A stretch of 64,000 nucleotides of DNA from Octopus sinensis (Eukaryota). Within the stretch, counting starts at the first letter, position 1, and each line of letters begins with the position of its first letter. This document shows, in pieces, positions 24,665 to 39,561 of the stretch. Location: the NCBI RefSeq assembly GCF_006345805.1, contig NC_043002.1, forward strand, positions 48,174,001-48,238,000, written 5' to 3'. The notes under the pieces were generated by a model. That model did no database searches, was not told where the DNA came from, and saw only the letters and a program-made list of their open reading frames with translations. The translations under genes and the position numbers were made by a program.

Positions 24665-26690
24665 AGGATAAAGTGGACGGATAGGGTCAGAAACAAATAT
24701 GCAGACACTATTGCATCCAAATTCAGGAACATTCCTGAAGTTATGGAGAAAGTCGAAACGAGTGGAGATTTTGTTCGGCAGTTTCTTAGGCTGTTCAATG
24801 ACGTAAAAGAAAGCAGTTTGGTGTAGTGCCAGGTGATAAAAGAATCCCTGGTTTAACAAGGAAGATAAAAATGCTGTTGAGCCAGCAAAGAGTCTTATAA
24901 AGTTTAGATTGGAAACAGGTCTCCTTCTTTTTGTTCAGGCAGTACAGTGAGACGTGAAAAATTGCAGGAGAGGTAGTAGAAATATTCAAGGATAAGTCAT
25001 GGGATGATTCAGGAGTCAGGCAGGACTCTGACTTATTGGCCAATAAAGTATTCTTGCAGATCACCCGCTGACTTCGTAACTAGAAGCTCTCTTCCACATA
25101 TGCCATTAAGAACTCAGCTGGAATTCTTCTCTCTACAGCGAAGAGCATTCTTGGGAAATGATGAGAACACTTTGTTGATATCCTAAATCTGATCATGATA
25201 AAATCTGATGGATACAAGGTACTTCTAGGAGTGATGACTAACCTCGTTGAGGCTGAAGTGATAAGGCCGGTGGAGAGGATGAAATTCGGCCTGAGATTTG
25301 AAAAGCCTCAAATAGAGAAGATATTCTCTAGCTGCCTCATGTATGCCAGGTGGCTTGGACCCTTGGAAAGATACTAAAGCAATGGCACTTCGGGGTGACA
25401 AGAAAGGAGATAAGAACAAATGCTTTAATTATAGAGGAATTTTCTCGTTGAACCTCCCCAGTAAAGTCTACGCTTGGTGCCTGGGGAAGCGATGTATGGA
25501 TATTGAGAAGCCCAAGCTAGCTGATAAATAATGTGGCTTCTGTACTGGAAGATATTCCACTCCACGGTAGTCTTCGAGAAATTGTAGGAATATTACCAAG
25601 AGGTGTATGCTTGCTTTGTAGGCCTCCAAAAGTTATGTGACCACGTATACCGGGACACGATGTGGAGGGTTTTGTAGTAGTTCGGGATTAATGGGCAACT
25701 TTTGGTTCCCGAGAAATCCCTGTGCGAATGCCCAGTTATGTTCAAGTCGAAATCTTTTAGCATGGGTGTTGAACTTTGGCAGGGTATGTATTGTCAACTC
25801 TCATTTATATAATTTTTATGAATGTTATCGACATGCGCAGCCATTATGGGAGCGGTGCCATAATCAGTCATTGCAGAATCGGTCGACTGTTATTTGAAGA
25901 CAGCATGGTGCTATTTTGGCTCACTATGTGTTCTCCAGCAAGCACTGAATGGTATCATTACCAAGTGCTTCAAGGCAGAGACGAGAATTAGTGTTGTGAA
26001 GACAGAGACATTGGTTATCCCAAGAAAATTTTCTCAGAGCACTGTGCATGTTTGTGGAGCATCACTAAGACAAGTAGAAGTTTAGGTATCTCGGGGTCGC
26101 ATTCACGAGTGACGAACGACAGGATGTAGAACTGGACGCTAGAACAGCAAGTACTGGCACAGCAATGCGCCAACACCGGCATTCGATACACAGAAGAGGA
26201 GAGGTTAAGAAAAAACATCTAAATTCACTCTCTTCAGTTCGGTTTTTGTGCTTATTCTCACCTATGGTTATGAATATTAGGTAACGACGGACAAAGCATG
26301 ATCGCGAATACAAGCGGACGAAATGACGTTCCTCCTTAGGATATCAAGGTTAACGGTAGTTACCAGGATATGTAGCTCGGATATCAGAGAGCCTCTCTCC
26401 AAACTTCCACTTCTCTGCTTTGAGAGGTCACAGTTCGGTTCTACGGATACGCGATTAGAATGTCACAGGGAAGATTCGCAAGACAGATTCTTCAAGCTAA
26501 GCCAACCAGCAGGTAGCCTAACGGGAAATCAAGAGAGAGATGGTTCGAAAATATCCATAGTCTCGGTTGGTCTTCCTTGGGAATCCGGCCGGAAAGTTTA
26601 ATAACGGCTGCTTCTGATAAGCGGAGATGCCCAAGGACTGTACTCCCACGACTCTTCCAAGAGTAGTGAGAAAAGAGATGAATAGACGCA
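24665..26690 (+). mobile_element. Old, heavily decayed RTE-clade LINE (RT and C-terminus), a different family from the 8-12 kb copy
   Basis: Remnant motifs KKGDKNKCFNYRGIFSLNLPSKVYA, LLFEDS (from FADD), RYLGVAFTSD and IQADEMTFLLRI, with many stops. Confidence 0.8.
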
Positions 26691-26934
26691 AATATAATTC
26701 AACTTAGCAAATTTCTCAGTTGTATCTTTGCAATAAATATGTTATTATTTCTAACAAAATTTATCGACATAATTGCAGTCTTCCTCCTCAAGAACCTATC
26801 TCAGCAAAATTTCGAAATAAAAACGTGTATTATTCAGATTGTTATAAGAAGCATCTAGGGTTATGTCCCCACCTTTCTCTGTGTCTCTCTCTGTATCCTG
26901 TCTGTCTGTCTCCCTTCACCACACACAAAAAGAT

Positions 26935-27164
26935 ACTCTCTCTTTACTCTTTTACTTGTTTCAGTCATTTGACTGCGGCCATGCCGGAGCACCGCCTTTA
27001 GTCGAGCAAATCGACCCCGGGACTTATTCTTTGTAAGCCCAGTACTTATTCTATCGGTCTCATTTGCCGAACCGCTAAGTGACGGGGACATAAACACACC
27101 AGCATCGGTTGTCAAGCAATGCTAGGGGGACAAACACACAAACACACACACATACACACACACT

Positions 27165-27209
<45 letters not shown>

Positions 27210-27372
27210 GACAGGCTTCTTTCAGTTTCCGTCTACCAAATCCACTCACAAGGCATTGGTCGACCCGGGGCTATAGCAGAAGACACTTGCCCAAGATGCC
27301 ACGCAATGGGACTGAACCCGGAACCATGTGGTTGGTTAGCAAGCTACTTACCACACAGCCACTCCTGCGCCT
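26935..27372 (-). mobile_element. SINE family A, full-length, CpG-intact
   Basis: Complete head-to-tail copy: GGCGCAGGAGTGGCTGTGTGGTAAG ... GTAAAAGAGTAAAGAG on the minus strand. Confidence 0.9.
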
Positions 27373-28305
27373 GTAAAAGTAATTAGCAAATTGACAACAC
27401 ATATCGAAATGCTGGCAAAAGTATTATTTAAAATGTTTATCAAAGAGAAATTAGAAAATAAATACCAATTGGCAATTATGTATGTGTGTGTGTTTATGTG
27501 TAATAAATACCTTATTTTCTACAATGCTACCTTCATAAATTAATTATGCCATTCTATCATTTACTCCTTCTCGTCCTGCTTCTATGATTCTTTCCTTTTA
27601 TTTTTTGTGTAGCATTCTTTTACTCATTGCGTAGCACCCAAGTCTAGTATGTGCATTCATCCTATTCCTCTTATGTTAATTCTCTCTGTATCTCTCTTTT
27701 AATCTTTCCCCACTCTACATACGATGAAGTCGACGAAGACCCATTTACATAGTCCATTATGAAATAAAGATATGCCCTCACTTTTTGTTCTTTTGTTGCC
27801 TATCATTCCTATTCACCTTCTGGTATCTGCAGGATCTTCCTCGCTACTTATTATCACCATCTTTATTTCTCTTTCTATTGCCTCCTAATTTTCCATGAGG
27901 AGAATAGCTATATAGTTTCTTTACACCAAAGAAGCTGTTCTTTTCTGAACCCTTTACTCATCTCCTAGTTTATCTTATTTCCTAGTTTAAAGCCACTTCT
28001 CTCTCTGTTGTAGCTCGATTCACTCGAAGGGCACCTTAGTGTTACAGGCTGCATGGGGATTCACATGTGCTTGTACCACACACACACACACACACACACA
28101 AACAATACATTTTATAAAGTTGTTGGTGCTAGGAAGGGTAGCCAGCCGTTGAAATCATACCAGAGTAGATATTAGAGCACGATGCAATCCTCGGATCCGT
28201 TGGTTCATGTCCAGTCCATGTTAGCATAGAAATGATGAGGATATTGATGATGACAGTGATGCTGATGACGACGACGACGATGACAATGACGATGATGCGG
28301 ATAAT

Positions 28306-28358
<53 letters not shown>

Positions 28359-31300
28359 TATAATTGTAGTCACTTTTGCTGTTTTGTAGTCTCAAATCAG
28401 TTCTGATCAGGTGGTCTTCTGGACGCATGTAGATGGCCAAACATCTAGCGACGATCCACAGATCTGTCAGTCCAGATATACCATAACTTCCACCTAACAG
28501 AGAATCATACTGTACACTTAGATGTGCAGTGATGAATCTGTACGATGTAATAGTGGAGATATAAATTTTCTTTACTGCCCAGTCAATATCTGTACGGCAA
28601 TAAACTCTGCAATGTTGACGCAATTATAATGCAACAGTTGCTATTCCTCTGCAGTTCTCATTAGTGGTGCACATCCTAGCTTCATGATTAGAGCTGATTT
28701 GTTTATGCAGCAGTGAGTTGGTAAAAATAGCTGTGAGTCTAATTAGGTACGTAATTTTATGGCATCTTATTACTGCATTCAAATTCTGAAACCAACGTTG
28801 ATAAAATAAAAGCATGCTATAAACAACAGCATCGATTTTAATTTCCTGCTCTTATGAATGATAGTTATTGTTTTGAGGCGATTGCAAGTACCGTAACAAG
28901 TAAGATTTTAGCCTGGCGACAAATCTCTGTTAAAACTACTTCACTTCACTTACTCCACCTAAGACCCGAAGAAAGACATGAATGACCATTACTGCCTATT
29001 TCTCCTCGAAAAGGCCCGGTTACATGGTTACGTAAGAAATATCTACTTTTAAGTGTTATCGTTGTTATCATCATAATCATTATCAAAAGCTCCTTCAACC
29101 ATAGAACTATTTCAGTGATTATTATCAATAATTGAAACAGTTTCTTAGTTGAAGAGAACTAATAGCAAAATGAAGCGTTTAAGATTAGTCAACGGATGTC
29201 TCTATATAGCACTGGCACAGCGCGTTAAACCAGATATTTGTAAACTATGACGGAAAATAGAAGATAAAAATAAAGTTATAATTAGTCAAGAGACGTATTT
29301 AGAATTGAGAACATTTGTATTATAACAATACAAGTTGTATTGTCGACTGAATCAGGAAGTTGATAAGAATCCGGAATTATCGTAGATTCCGTAATTTACA
29401 TTGTTTTCTAAGAATCTAACTTTTGCGATGATTTTGGAATTTACATACAGTGTATAGAACTGATTTCGATTGTTTATCAATGTTCGCCACACCATACAAA
29501 TTTTGCAAGATTTCCCGGTGACGATACTAGTTTCAGACGCCTTGTATTCCTTTTCATGTGAAAACTCTGTTATAGTCTTTTCCATACATGGGCTCCACTT
29601 TCCAACACTGTCGACTATGCAAGCCTTTTTTGCAGCTGCAAACCAAGAACACGAAAATACTCGGCTGTTCTTTCGTAAAAATACAGCCGATCACACAGCT
29701 GAATCAACAAATAATTCTGTAAGAATCCGCATAACTTTGACAGAAGCAGGATTTCTGATTCCTACCTCAGTAGGGAGATGCAATCTTGTTGAACAGCAAT
29801 GTCAACAATTGGTTTCTTATATTCAAAGTACCTCCATAAACTTGTTACGCAAAGAATATCTTTAAAATATCTAACATTCTAAATCTTAATAAGAAAAAGA
29901 AAACGTCTTTGCTGTAGGCGAAATAGTTAGGTCTTCTGATATGCACATGTACGTAGTTTAAAGAATTTTCTTTGTTTGTCTTAGAGGCAACAGCATTGTA
30001 TCTGATTTTAGTCAAAATATTCCTATGGTTTATGTAAATCGATGGTAGTGGTGGTTTTGGTGGTGATAGCTGTGATGGTGATAGTAAGTGAATGGTGACA
30101 TCTATAACATTCATTATTAAAACTTTGTAGTAGAATATCCAGCAAAGAGCCACCTCAGAGTCGAGAGCATAATATGGATAACGAAAGAGGAGAGCCGAAT
30201 GAGCCAATACAGCTTGAGTGGAGGTGGTATGATACTGGTTAGCTCTGAGGGGCGGGGACCACTATAACAGCAAAGAGATAACATATCTGTTGGCCAGAGA
30301 TTGGGATGTGCTGCTGCACGACTTAATGGTAATCAGTCGGCTTTTAACCGGATGCAGTCTAGGATATCTCTGTACGTAACTGAACCGTCAAAATATGACT
30401 CCATTGTAGTTCTCATTTCAGCTTTGTAGAGTTGTTTATTACTTGTAATCGAAGTATTTCTCGTTTCCGAAGTTAAAGGCCAGACTTTGTGATGTAGTTT
30501 TGGATGTGTGAAATTTTCTACTTACAATGAGGCATTGACTGTTATAAGTTGCGTGCTGTTCGATTTAAGTAGAATGGGATGCGATTATGTTTCTTGATAC
30601 ATTTAGTGATTTTCTCTTCGTATTGTTATAGAGACAAAACTAGCATGGCACCATGTTCTGGATATCCTTGTTCATAGGGTCAGTACAGATTTGGCGTGAG
30701 ATGACTAGATTTCATATGGACGGTATTTGTGGTGGGTAGAATAGGGAGGAATGAAGGGTTATATCATCTGTGGGCGTGTGTATTTACTGATGGAGGTGAC
30801 CACAAGTAGGCCATTGATATATAGACAAAAAAGTGTGGAAACAAAATCTAACCCCAAGAGACCATAGGAGTACATACCACGAAAGTGAGGTCTGGAAAGA
30901 AGCCACCAATCGAATAAACAAAGGACTATTTATGCTCATTGACAGATAATTTTTGCAGACAGTTTTGCATTCAGAAGTAGTCAACATTTTTACTAATGTT
31001 GAGTTCAATGAAACTAGGTTCACTAAATTTCTCCAGGTTGAGAGTCCACAGGCAGTAACATAAGAACACAAGCTTCCAGTTGACTTGGCTTTATGAAAAC
31101 TGCAATAATAGTTATAGAGAGGAAGAAGAGGTGAAAGAAACAAAGAAAAAAAAGAAAGAAAGAGAGAAAGAAAAGAGAGTGAAACAGTCAAGGTATCGAA
31201 CAAGATTATTGTTAATAGCTGTTTACATCACGTTTATGATAAGGAAAATGAGTAAAACGAGTGTGATTGCTCAGCAGTGGGTACAGTCGAGGGGTTGCCT

Positions 31301-31796
31301 TTCTTGTGAATGGGATACACTATAGTATATTTCGAAAGATCGTGATATATCCCGGTAAAGCGAAAGAGATCGAAAAACTTGATGAGAAGAGCTAACTTTA
31401 GGGTGCACTGCTTGAGAGTGATGGGTCATTGTCAGAGCCGGTTGTCTTGTTGGTTTGAAACAACAGGAGGTACTCTAAACATTACGAGTATGGTGATGAG
31501 CATGGCGGAGTAGGAAGAATGAGAAAAAATTTTGAAGGTGATTTACTTAGGTGCATAAATGGACAGCTAATGTAGAGGATTCCTCCACGGGAATATTGCT
31601 CACAAAACATCATGGTTAAGAAGTACAGGAAAGGAGGATTCCCCAAATTAGTAGTGATCCTTTTAGTAAGGAGACCAAAAGGTCGACCGCAGTTTTGGAG
31701 GTGAGATAGGTGGCGAGTCGTGTAGCTCATAGATGCTGCATTTTTCTTGCTCTTTGGTGTTGTCGGGAATGATTATATAAAACTTTTTTACATGAA

Positions 31797-32007
31797 ATAT
31801 TGATTTCAAATTATGGCACAAGGCCAGTAATATTAGGTCGAGGGCACAATATCGACTCCAGTGCTCAACTGGTGTTTATTTTATCGACTCCGAAAGGATG
31901 AACGGGAGAGTCGACCCCGGCGGCATTTGAACTCAGAACATAAAGTCGGAAGAAATGCCGCTAAGCATTTTCCATGGCGTGTTAACGAATCTGCCAGCTC
32001 ACCGCTT
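31797..32007 (-). mobile_element. SINE family D
   Basis: Reverse complement of the unit at 21449-21660. Confidence 0.75.
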
Positions 32008-33759
32008 TATCCATATGAAATATTAAGGTCTTACAGTTTATATAGTGGAAGTCGTTGATTTAGTACAGTGATGTATAATGTGGTATAGTGTTGTAGAACA
32101 ATTTTGTGATGATATTCAGACAATTTTCTACTTTCTGTGATTGTAAGCTTAGAGCTAATGCGTGTCAGAGTTTCGATGCAGCACTAGATTTCTTGTCTCT
32201 CTCTCTTGGGTGGAGGAAAGAAAATTGCTGTGCAATTTATTTATTCTCTTTCTTATTGCTGTTATTGTTTATTTCTAGTCTCGTTGTAAGTATTGCTGTC
32301 GCTTCGGAATGATTCACTGCTTCTGCTCCAGCTGACCTCATATTCTGTGAACAGATAGGATAAAGTTTGTTTTCTAAAGGCAAGTCTTCAGTTTTTAAGT
32401 GTTGTATCCGATCTACTGCAGCTTACTCAGAACATGCGTTAAGCAATCGTTCGTTATGCTGGAGTTAAATTACTTAAGGTCGTAGAATGGAAACTCTCTG
32501 ATGCCCAACTGAATAATATATAGATTATTTTGGCGGCTTTTCACGTCCCATGACACAACGGTAGCCAAACATTTTTATAAATTGGAAGCTTTTCCGCATC
32601 ATGAATTTCTTTCGATCGTGGTACAATATTTTTCCGAAAGAAAACCTATACATTCATATGTTAAATTCCGTCAATTCTTCATTATCTCTAATGAGGCAGA
32701 ATGACTTCCTGCTGAAATTCAGGCTTGAGTAATAGATAAATCCAATTTATAAATATTTACATTAATGTGACTCGGGTATTGATTTGCGATTGTACGACAC
32801 TTTGAATAACGAATTCTATTTATCAGACTTCAGATGTATGTCAATTCACATATTGCATTGAGCACTTCGTTTATAGTGTTACAGATGATATATGTCGGAC
32901 TACAGGACATTTAAAAAAATTATATTACAGAGCATATCTATAAATTTTAGCTAGCACTCCATGAACTCTATAAAGGTATGGTATTCGTACTCAGGTGTAA
33001 ATATTATAACTTTATAGATAATATCTTCGCAAAGGGAAAAAGAGAAATAATCCGGACTAATTTCAACTTTCTTTTGTCCTCTCGTATATTGCTTATAACA
33101 AACTGTATACATCAGTCTGTTAAATATAGCGCTGAATAAAATCTATCGATATGTTCTGTAATACAGTATAACACTAAAACTTTGAAACAAAACACTGTAA
33201 ATGCACCAGTAAATTATGACTATTTTATTCGATATTTATAAAATTAGAGAACCTCTATTTCGGTTTGAATTTAAATTTGATGGTGAGCTTTTTCTTTGTG
33301 AGTTGAAATATTACTGGAGAAATTATATGGTTTTAGTAGTTTGCCACATCATGTGACAGGAGCGTAGTAAAGAAGATTTGAGGTTTTTCTATGTTCGATG
33401 ATTCTAGCAGATTCCAGTATCACGTGACACGAATGTAACAGAGCATTTTCATACACAGACAGCTTTGTTGTATGGGCAATTACAATCACAGCAGAAAATG
33501 TTCTCGAACGGAAGACGATATACTAACAGATTAAATACATCCTGTTCTCTATAATCCCTGACGAAGCAGGGTGACTCCTTGATGTATATATATATATTTA
33601 TTTAAGTTTTTCCGTTTGTTTCAATTAAGATAGGTTTATGGTCATTTGAATTGGTTGATGTGTGTACATATGCATGTTTGTGTTCATGGATAATTTGTAA
33701 CTTTGTGGTGGATATGCGTTTCACTTTATTGTACGAGTATTTGTATTTTATACCTTTCA

Positions 33760-33946
33760 CCTGGCGGAATGCTTAGCAGCATTTCGTCCGTCATGAGGTT
33801 CCGAGTTCAAATTCCATTGGGCTCGACTTTAACTTCCATCCTTTTGAGTGCGATAAAATGTGTACTTGTTGAACACCGGGGACACTTCAATCGACTTATC
33901 CCCTTCCCCAAACCTGCTGGCCTTGTCCCAAAATTTGAAACCAATT
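33760..33946 (+). mobile_element. SINE family D, 5'-truncated
   Basis: ATGCTTAGCAGCATTTCGTCCG...GAGTTCAAAT...TTTGAAACCAAT. Confidence 0.7.
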
Positions 33947-33948
33947 TC

Positions 33949-34159
33949 CGAGGGTGTCCTGAAAAGTTCCTGGCTTTAAAGGTGTAGCCCTGGTTGGAGG
34001 CCCAACTTTCCGAGTTCTTTTTACAGGGCTTAGAAAACCTGAAGGACCGCTGCAATAAGTGTGTGAATCTGAGAGGGGAATATGTTAAATAAAATCATGA
34101 TTAACTGATTCTCCTGTATTTTCTTTTATCAAAGCAAGTAACTTTTCAACACCCCATCG
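33949..34159 (+). mobile_element. Mariner-derived MITE
   Basis: Imperfect ~29-bp TIRs (CGAGGGTGTCCTGAAAAGTTCCTGGCTTT / AAAGCAAGTAACTTTTCAACACCCCATCG followed by TA). Interior encodes the mariner C-terminus QGLENLKDRCNKCVNLRGEYVK*. Confidence 0.8.
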
Positions 34160-34198
34160 TACAAGTGTTTGTGCTTCACTTTTATATGTGTGTGTGCG

Positions 34199-34253
<55 letters not shown>

Positions 34254-36698
34254 TGATGCATTCCAAATGTATACGTGGATATGTGCTTATGTTTGACCCT
34301 GAAAATTCAATTGGATGAGGCCTCTGAAATATTATACACATTTTTCATACGTTTAGTTTGGAAAACTCACCTAGAAAATCTCTGGAATATTTTGAAAATT
34401 TAAAAGTGTACTACTGACTGATTGTATTTAGAGAACGCAGATTAGTTTGGTATGTTCTCTTTTGGCAATCCCAGTTTTCTAGTTCTTTATATTGATCCGT
34501 TAGGTAGACCAGTGTGCCTATGATAAGGGGGGACAGATGAGAATTCGTATTCTGAGTATAAGAGTTACAAGTTTTTTTAGTAGTTCCTCATAAATGTTCT
34601 CTTTTTCTATAGTCTTTGATGCAATATTCTCATCAACTGAGCAGCTAACCTCTACTACAGCACAGGTCTTGTGCTCTCTGTCCTATAAAACACTGAGTTG
34701 GAATGTCTCGGGATGTTCCACCAACATTCTTTGTTTTCATAAATATGAATGGATTCAAATTCTGTTGTACATTTGGTACGGCCGTCAATACAGCCCTTCC
34801 TTTGCATAGCACAGTGAACTGCTTTGCGACAGTGTCATGTCTTATGTAAACTATCTTTGCTATGATGTATGCATGTATGTATGTATGTATGTATGTATGT
34901 ATGTATGTATGTATGTATGTATGTATGTATGTATGCATGCATGTACACACACAGAGGACACATACACATAAATTCTTTAATCTGGATATTGACCCAACAC
35001 GCGTTCTTTCACTCAAACGGCCTTTTGTTGTGTATAGTAGGAATTGCATACGTGTTCATGGTATAGTTGAGATCGCAGGATGAATCAACACGGAAAATTA
35101 TATACCTCATGCTGAACCTGATGTCTGTGTGCTTTTGTAACTGTTTGAGCCACGTCATTTCCTGTCTTATCTCAAGAGAAGGCAGTCCAAGAGAAGGCAG
35201 TTGTATCAGCTATCTCATTTTCATTCTTTTTGTCGTACCATTTACATCTCTTTGGAGCATCAGATATTTTACGACGTGAATGTGTCATCTCTGCCTAACT
35301 TAGAATGCAAATATTTAGTGGCTGGCTGAGTGGGCGTTCTTCCATGAAAATATGTCAGCAATTGTATATGGTAAATGATTAAGATCTGCTTAGATGTAAA
35401 CTTGTTCATCCTGCCGCGAGTTGAGGCTAAGGCATTACGTTGCCAGTAGGGAGTGATAAAAAGGATGATACGATAACCACGACTGTTTTAAAAGTATCGG
35501 CGGCTTAAATGAAACGAAATGTAAAGAGCGTGGATGGTATTGACACAATGATCACTGCTAACGATCAATAGGTCACCACTATTACTGGTAACACTTCCTA
35601 AATATTTGCTCATAACAACAATAGTTATTTGTTGTGACAAATAACTATTACTGTTAGTTTATTCACAAACGGATAGAATGAATATACTATGCACTGATAG
35701 AGAGAAAAATGTCAATGTTCCTACTGATAAGTCTAGTTGCCAGGTGAAACATGTCTAAATATAACCAATCACATTCTTTCTTTTCTTTCTTTGTGGTACT
35801 ATTCGCGTCATTTCGAAAGATTAGACATTTTAAACAGAGAATGTGTCACCTCAGCTTAACTTTCAATACAAATACTTTAATAACATTTTCAACACACGAA
35901 ACACGTTCCGATATACATTCGTGTTTAATTCATTATTGATGCAATTTGAAAAGACAGTACTTTGCATACATATTTGAAGTCTTCCTAATGCTTTATAAAT
36001 TATATTGGATTGTGTTTCTTTCCATTTATTAACAAACAACTACAAATTTGTTTCTATTATAATTTAGTCTTACGGGAAAATGGAAACAACTAAAGGTTAT
36101 TATCCGCAAACTTTTGTCACGTACGTTAATATTCTTTAATTAAATGAGAAATTATAATATTTCTGCATTGCCTTGAGCATTAGCAACGTAAATCAAGGAA
36201 ATTGGTTATAGCTATAAATCAAAATTGCTTGCGGATTGCATTCTCTAAAAACCTACAATATTCAAGAAGTAATTGCTTCTTACAGAGGCACGAAGCTTAA
36301 TAATTTTATATGTGACAGATTGATACCTTCGTGTCTTCTTCATGGAGATTAAAGATTTAACTGAAATGAAAAAGCTTCTAGAGAGAATCAAAATCAAGTC
36401 ACACTGTATGGAATATGATCACCTCCATCCAAGAACACATTAGTCCCTCAGTACCACATCATCACACAACTACCACACCACAACTACCACTACTATATCA
36501 CCACTACGCCCACACCTCACAACCACCACTACCATCACCACCACCACCACCAATAACGAAAACAACATATTTCGTCTAAAATCAACCTTAGTAGTCATCA
36601 ACACCTATCATATTACTCTTCTGAAGAAAAGTAGTAGTAGTGATATTCTCACTAGCTGTGGATTCAAGATCGTAATGAAGACATTATATGAGAGGAAT

Positions 36699-36867
36699 CA
36701 GGGCCGGCGTAGGGTTGCTGGCGTCCCGGTGGACAAACTGAATTTCGCTGCCCTTATAAGTATAATTTTTTTTAACTTTCACAAGAAGGAAAACTGAAAA
36801 TGCGGACTAAAAAGCATATAGCGCCCTGGATCACTGGCCGAGTTGCCGGTACCTTGAGCCGGCCCTG
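36699..36867. mobile_element. hAT-type MITE
   Basis: TIRs CAGGGCCGGC/GCCGGCCCTG and an 8-bp TSD AGAGGAAT/ATAGGAAT (one mismatch). Confidence 0.85.
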
Positions 36868-37287
36868 ATAGGAATTTAAAAAAAAATTAATCTTTTACCA
36901 AATGATATCTAGTCCTTGATTTTAACTGTATTATAAAGTTGTCTACATGAAAGATTGCCTCACACATTACACAGGTTTACAGTACAGGAATGTGTACAGA
37001 TGTTTTAGTTCACGAATTTGAATATAATTGTTTGGAAGATAACTCCGGAAGCCCGCTGTTGAACCTATTTTAGACTTTTAGTCATATACCCAATTAATAA
37101 TCACTATCGCTTTATTCATAGATACCGGTATGGTCTGTTTCTTTAATGGAAACTTTGATAAATAAAATATATCTTAACTGACAGCGCTCAAGTTTATGTG
37201 AGTCCAGTAATTCTGCCGACATATATCAAAATCTAGCTACCATATTGGTTGAATTTCTAAAATAAGGGTTATTTTTTATAAATTAAT

Positions 37288-37682
37288 TGCTTCAGTCATT
37301 AGACTGCGGCCACGCTGGGGTACCGCCTTCAAAAATTTTTTGTCGAATGAATCAACCCCAGTACTTAATTTTTAAAAACCTGGTACTTATTCTATCGGTC
37401 TTTTTAACCGAAGCGCTAAGTTACGGGGAAAGTAAACACACCAACACCAGTTGGCAAGTGGTGGTCGGAGACAAACACAGACACAAAGACACACACACAC
37501 ATACATACTCATATACGACGGACCTCTTTCAGTTTCCTTGTACCAAATTTACTCACAAGGCTTTGGTTAGCCCGCGGCTATAGTAGAAGACACATGCCTA
37601 AGATGCAACGCAGTGGGACCAAACACAGAGCCACGTGATTACGAAGCAAGCTTCTTGCCACACAGCTATGTCTGCGCCCATA
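37288..37682 (-). mobile_element. SINE family A
   Basis: Colinear with 26935-27372. Confidence 0.85.
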
Positions 37683-37787
37683 GACAGGAATTTAAATTAA
37701 AAATCTGTTTCGCTCATATCCTGCATTAATTATGTAAATTCTCGGTTGCTAAGGCAGCTGGGAATACCCCTAGTATTTTGCTATTTG

Positions 37788-38114
37788 TGTGAAGGCGCAT
37801 GGCTCAGTGGTAAGAGCGTCGTCGAGCTTACGATCGTGAGGTTGTGAGTTCGATTCCCGGACCGGGCTGGGTGTTGTGTTCTTGAGCAAGACACTTTATT
37901 TCACGTTGCTCCTGTTAACTCAGCTGTAGATATGATTTGCGACATTACTGGTGCCAGGCTGTATCGGCTGCTGCCTTTTCCTCGGATAACATCAGTGGTG
38001 TGGAGAGGGGAGGCTGGTATGCATGGGCGACTGCTGGCCTTCCATAAACAACCTTGCCCGGACTTGTACCTCGGAGGGTAACTTTCTAGGTGCAATCCCA
38101 TGGTTATTCATGAC
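37788..38114 (+). mobile_element. SINE family B, CpG-intact
   Basis: A-box TGGCTCAGTGG and B-box GAGTTCGATTCCC. Colinear with 7183-7520. Confidence 0.85.
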
Positions 38115-39561
38115 TTGCTACTTGTACACTGACTAAGGTTTGAACGAATATTCTCGGCATTTCTGAACAGAGATCATAGAACCGAGTAGTAAATTCCGTA
38201 GACTTGCTATTTATAATGGCATAAGATCTTCCGAAATCAAGAGTTCAGGATCAACATTACATACAGTTCTCTCTCATATATGAGTGAGTTCAGTGTTCTT
38301 GCAACGCACAACGACATGCGTGAGCACGCACGACACGTTCACACACACACACACATACACACGCTGCCCCTGTCCCTCTGTATGTCTTATTTTTTCTTTC
38401 TATAGTTGTGTGTGCATAGGAGTATATGTTATAAATATAACTCGGCGTCGTTTATATTGTAAGATATTTCGATAGGACAAAAGGAAGGAAGGTAGCGGAT
38501 TATTAGAATCAATATAATTATCAAATATTGAAACAGTGAAGTTATGAGAATGTGACTTCAGTAGACAATCTATACAATGCAACGAATAAAAGTGGGGACA
38601 AAAAAAAAAAAAATACACAGAACAGTGTTGGATATATGTATCATGCATAAGCAAAATTTTAGCAATGAAATACAAAGAAATTTTTCTACCCTACGCGTGA
38701 TCATTATTTAAATGTATTGTGAGCTACTAATAGAATCGGAAACAAATTATATTACTATGTGTTTATTTATAAGTGCAAATACATTTCTTATTCATGTCTT
38801 TTACCGTATTACATACAGCTCTTCCTCTTATATATGAATAGAGAAGAGGTGGGTTTTTTTTTTACACAAATAGCTTGCTAGAAAATAAAACTTTTTAGGG
38901 AAAAACACAAACATCTTAGCATAATATGAGTGCTGTTCATTAATTATTGATAAGTAATTTATACTTTCTTTTTTGAGATTGAAGAGTGGACACGTAAGCA
39001 ATCGGGCGAACAACTTCAGTAACACAGATGTAAGTGCTTGACGGTTTGGTACGTTGGATGCTAAACGATATTAGTAGTGTGCAATAAGAACAATTTTTAT
39101 TCACGTAGAAAACATATAATTAAAATACGCAAAACAGTTTCTGAGCTGCTTTCTCCAAGGTTATCCAAGATATATTCTTTTTATATATATACTGGATTAC
39201 AGTGTGCGCTGTATCATAGACTAAATTTTAAATAAAGATCTGAACCTTACAAAATAGTGAAATATAGAAATATCAAAAATTATAAAATAGCGTACTTTGA
39301 TATGTTCTCCTTGCTACAATCAAACAGTATTTCCTTTTTTCCTTTAAAATGTAAACTATGACAGAATAATTTAAATTGGCGAGTGTAAGGAACAGTAGGG
39401 AAGGAAGTGGTCGAAGTGAATCGGAGCTGTAGAGTGTGGGCTTTGAGTTTTGAGCAAAAATTGGATTAATATTATAACTAAGCAATAAATTGTCAAATAT
39501 TCATTAAAATTTAAACTTTTCATTTTTTGCCATTTTAGATTGATTTTAATGTGGTTTAGAG

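Noticed and set aside
28380-31760. Several 60-160 aa ORFs with a coding-like feel (possible old transposase or LINE debris, e.g. YFDGS near 30380 on the minus strand)
   Set aside because: No ordered set of motifs could be identified by eye; needs a translated HMM search.
33553-33585. CTGACGA followed by a short stem, next to a TA run
   Set aside because: No GAAA box, stem III or closing stem I; at best a truncated ribozyme remnant.
37792-37868. tRNA-like sequence with A and B boxes
   Set aside because: Continues into a SINE body shared with 7183-7520, so it is a SINE head rather than a tRNA gene.
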